A stretch of 64,000 nucleotides of DNA from NCBI GenBank assembly GCA_036172245.1, contig JAYWIR010000013.1, positions 496,001 to 560,000 on the forward strand, written 5' to 3'. The position numbers and the translations under genes are program-made. Shown one piece after another: positions 61,001 to 64,000 of this stretch (position 1 is the stretch's first letter; each line of letters opens with the position of its first letter). This DNA comes from Raillietiella orientalis (Eukaryota). A model generated the notes under the pieces. That model worked only from the letters and a program-made list of their open reading frames with translations. It made no database searches and was not told the origin of the DNA.

Positions 61001-64000
61001 CCCCCCGTGTACAGCGAAGTGCATGCACCATACCGTTCGATTTCTCACGAACCGTACACGAGGGTAAGGCACGGCACGGAAGCGTTCCCCCTCGGTGCCT
61101 GTTTGGCCGCCCGCATCCCTCGCATCCTGGAACGTACGTTGCAGGACGCGCGGCGGCCGCAGTGCGCCAAGTCGCCTCGGACCTTTTCGCGCTCGCCCCC
61201 CCTTCCCGTCTGACCGAACGCGTGCCCGTGCAGAAGGACACGGAAGGACTCTCTCGGAGTATAAAGGAACGCACATTAAGAGGGGCGGCTTCTTTATTTC
61301 CTTCCTCCCCCCCCCTTTTTTTAAATTCATGCTCGTCCTCGCTGCGCATTTGACACACGTGAGACGTCCACTCGAGGAGCCAGCGGCTCAACGAAACACG
61401 TCAATGCGCGAGCGGCCGAAGCGCTGGCACCTCCTCCCATCTCCCCCCCCGTTCGGGAAACGGTCTCATTACCGGGTTCGAACGCTTATCGAACCGCCGT
61501 CTCGATCCCCGGATTCGCTGCCGTAATGGCCGGCCTATAGGGTCTTCTCAGTTTTCCTGTCTTTGTCCCTTCTTTCCCGTGAGTGTGCTCAACCGGCTTC
61601 TCTCGGATGGTGCCCCTCGTCGCCATCCATCCTTCCTTTCAACCCATCCCGAGTGCCACGAAAACTGAGATGAGGAAGAAAAAAAAAAAAAAACATCGTG
61701 AGCGCGTCACTGCCGGCCCGCTGCGGTTCCGCGGCTCCCAACCGCGGAGACAACCATCTTCCAGCTCGAACCCTTCCGCCTTCTTTCCCTCCAGAGGTTA
61801 TCCCATCCCTCGTGTTCTCCCCTCACTCCCCACCCCCCGCTTTCCCCTTCCTTCCTTCCACGCTTTTTCTTCCTTCTCGTCTTTTCCGTCTCTTCCTGCT
61901 CGTCTTCGCAGGCACTCTCAAAGTCTTTAGCGACCGAAGAAAACGGTTTTGGTGCACGAGGGGGGAGGGGGGGGCAGACCAAGTGCCTCGACGCGTGGCG
62001 ATACTTAAAGTGGGGGATGACCTTTAGGTGCTTTCCCCGAAGACGAATGTGCGCGCGAGGGAGAAGACATCTTCCTTGGGCTTTCCACCCTATGAATAAT
62101 CTCCGGGAATACCGCGGGGCGATTTGCATTTGTATACTACTGTTACGTGCGGGGGCAGGAGGCGTTGCTTCACACCCGCGCGCGCTCCGCGGTCGCTAAC
62201 GACGACCGGTTGCTGCGGAGACGTGTGGCTCATCCATTGTTGCCGTTCCGCGCACCTCGGAGCGAGAATTCCTCCGCACTCCGCATCGGCGCTGCTAATA
62301 GTGGCGCACCGCGGTGCATGCGAGACTCAACGTCAAACGGCATCATTGTGCCCCTCTGGTGGGGTGGTGTATCTGTCACCTGCCGGGGTGAACGGCACCC
62401 CCTCTTCGACCCGTGGGCTGCTGCCCACTCCAATCAACAACGAGCTCTTCTGCGAAAACACGTATCACGGAAGCCATGTGTGACACACGCCTAATCGTTC
62501 GCTTAAAGCGCCAGCGAGCGCGGCAGATGTTAATAGAAACATGCGCAAACTCATTTGGTGTTTAACTGCTTGCTCAAAGCCTGCAATAAAGCGAGAAATG
62601 ATTTGGCAGGACGTACAAAGATTGTGCATAGCGAAAACGAATAGCAGATGAAGGAGATCATTTCGCCTTCTGCAGTCCTTTCGTCTCACCGCCTTGCATG
62701 AAGCCCCACCGCCGAAAAAAAAAAATTTTGATCCCGCTCCTCCTTGCCGCACCACAGGAATAACACGCGTAAAAAGCATCACACGCGTATCGTGAAGACC
62801 TCCCATCGAAAACGCACCACTAGGAACGGCCATCAGAGGAAGCACCTCCATCCTCATTTCCACCTCTTGTAGTCTTCGTTCGGAAAACGCCATCCCCGGC
62901 CATCCCTTCATCCCTGCATGAGGATTCCATGTTTGACAACCAACGTGGCGCAATTTGCAGGATAGCACCCCTGGCGCTTTGCAAACATTACGGCATGAAT
63001 GAATTCTTTCTCATGGAACAAGGGGGAGACCAGGGGAAATTCTTTTTCCTCCGGTGTCTAATTCTTAATCAGCGCTTCACAGCTACAGTTTGTGTGTGAT
63101 TGGGAATTCCTCCAGTTCCCTGCTTTCCTACTGCACATCCGCAAGGATTCCTTTGGATAAAGATTCTTCTTGAACCATGTGCGAACGTTCTGCAGTGGGA
63201 ACCGGTAGTCGCACGAGGTTGTTCTCCCAGCAAACTTCGATGCGAACACTCTGCAGAGGGGGAGAGAAAGAAACGAGCCGGTATGTCAAAAATCCTTTTT
63301 GATCACACATCAGACATTTACCGCATATGGGTTCCCTCTTGTGACACATGTTTCATCCTGGGTCGATGGAATGATCGAAGTGCTTCACGAAGTCGTTTCC
63401 AGGACTTTCTCGATTTCTCAATTACTGATGACGCTGCTTCGCATTCATGAAAACGCCATAACAATTCTGTGGGAACTAATTCTATTAGACATTCGTTCCA
63501 GATGTATACGTGAAACAGAAAAGAAAAAAAAAAAAAAGAATCTCAGGCAGAAATACTTCGTGTGATATTTTCATGCTTTAAAGGAACATCCAAAAATAGC
63601 AGCTCACAGAGTTGTTAAGATTAGATTTCCATGGATTTTGATGCGCGGTTCTCCCTTGTACTGAAGTTTGAATCACCATGCTTTCTTGCGATTTTTATCT
63701 GAGAAAAAGCAAATAGAGGTAACAAGGATGAAAGATGGCTCAATCCTAACAATAGATTATCAGATGCCTTGGAAGCATCGTTCTACTTTGCTTCCATAAA
63801 ATGTAAAGCTCTGCTTCCCCCCCCCCCTCAAAAAAAAAGAGAGAGAGAGGGAGAGAAGAAAAAAAAAAAAAAGAAAAATCCACTTAAAGAGCAAGGCGAT
63901 GCAAAAAAAAAACATCGTCACATTTCAAAAAATGGATGTGCCGAAATAGACACGAATATTGTTCGGAATATGGGTGTTCGATGTTCTAAGAATTTGGGAT

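Noticed and set aside
50000..64000. Many ORFs in the second GC-rich block
   Set aside because: No recognisable domain and no phase-consistent exon chain. Treated as intergenic or intronic.
1..64000. CRISPR arrays, rRNA, intact transposase/RT genes, telomeric repeats
   Set aside because: None were seen on either strand. Simple A/T homopolymers and (GGA)n/(CCT)n tracts are ordinary low-complexity sequence.

Overview
Eukaryotic genomic DNA, most likely from an arthropod with a compact genome (many introns of 40-70 nt). Most ORFs in the supplied track are spurious, so the real genes were rebuilt by hand from splice sites and reading-frame phases. The window has three compositional blocks. (1) About 1-22 kb is GC-rich and CpG-rich. 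It holds one large + strand gene for a secreted PAN/Apple-ZP protein (NompA/Neyo-type): signal peptide, 12 PAN modules arranged as four A-B-C triplets, ZP domain and RRRR furin site. No transmembrane exon could be found. (2) About 22.5-49.8 kb is AT-rich and CpG-depleted. It holds five tightly packed genes: homocysteine S-methyltransferase (+), a divergent PIX/ARHGEF7 RhoGEF (-), a Tctex1-domain dynein light chain (+), a compact Rubicon (-) and ICT1/MRPL58 (+). (3) About 50-64 kb is GC-rich again, with no recognisable gene and only faint, possibly LINE-derived remnants. Most notable observations: the 4x triplet PAN architecture with conserved intron positions; 4 GC-AG introns among about 54; abrupt GC/CpG domain switches suggesting mosaic gene-body methylation; apparent loss of catalytic residues in the PIX DH domain; and two convergent gene pairs with stops only 51 and 91 bp apart. 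I found no evidence for a prokaryote-style system (CRISPR, defence island) and cannot claim a wholly new system.
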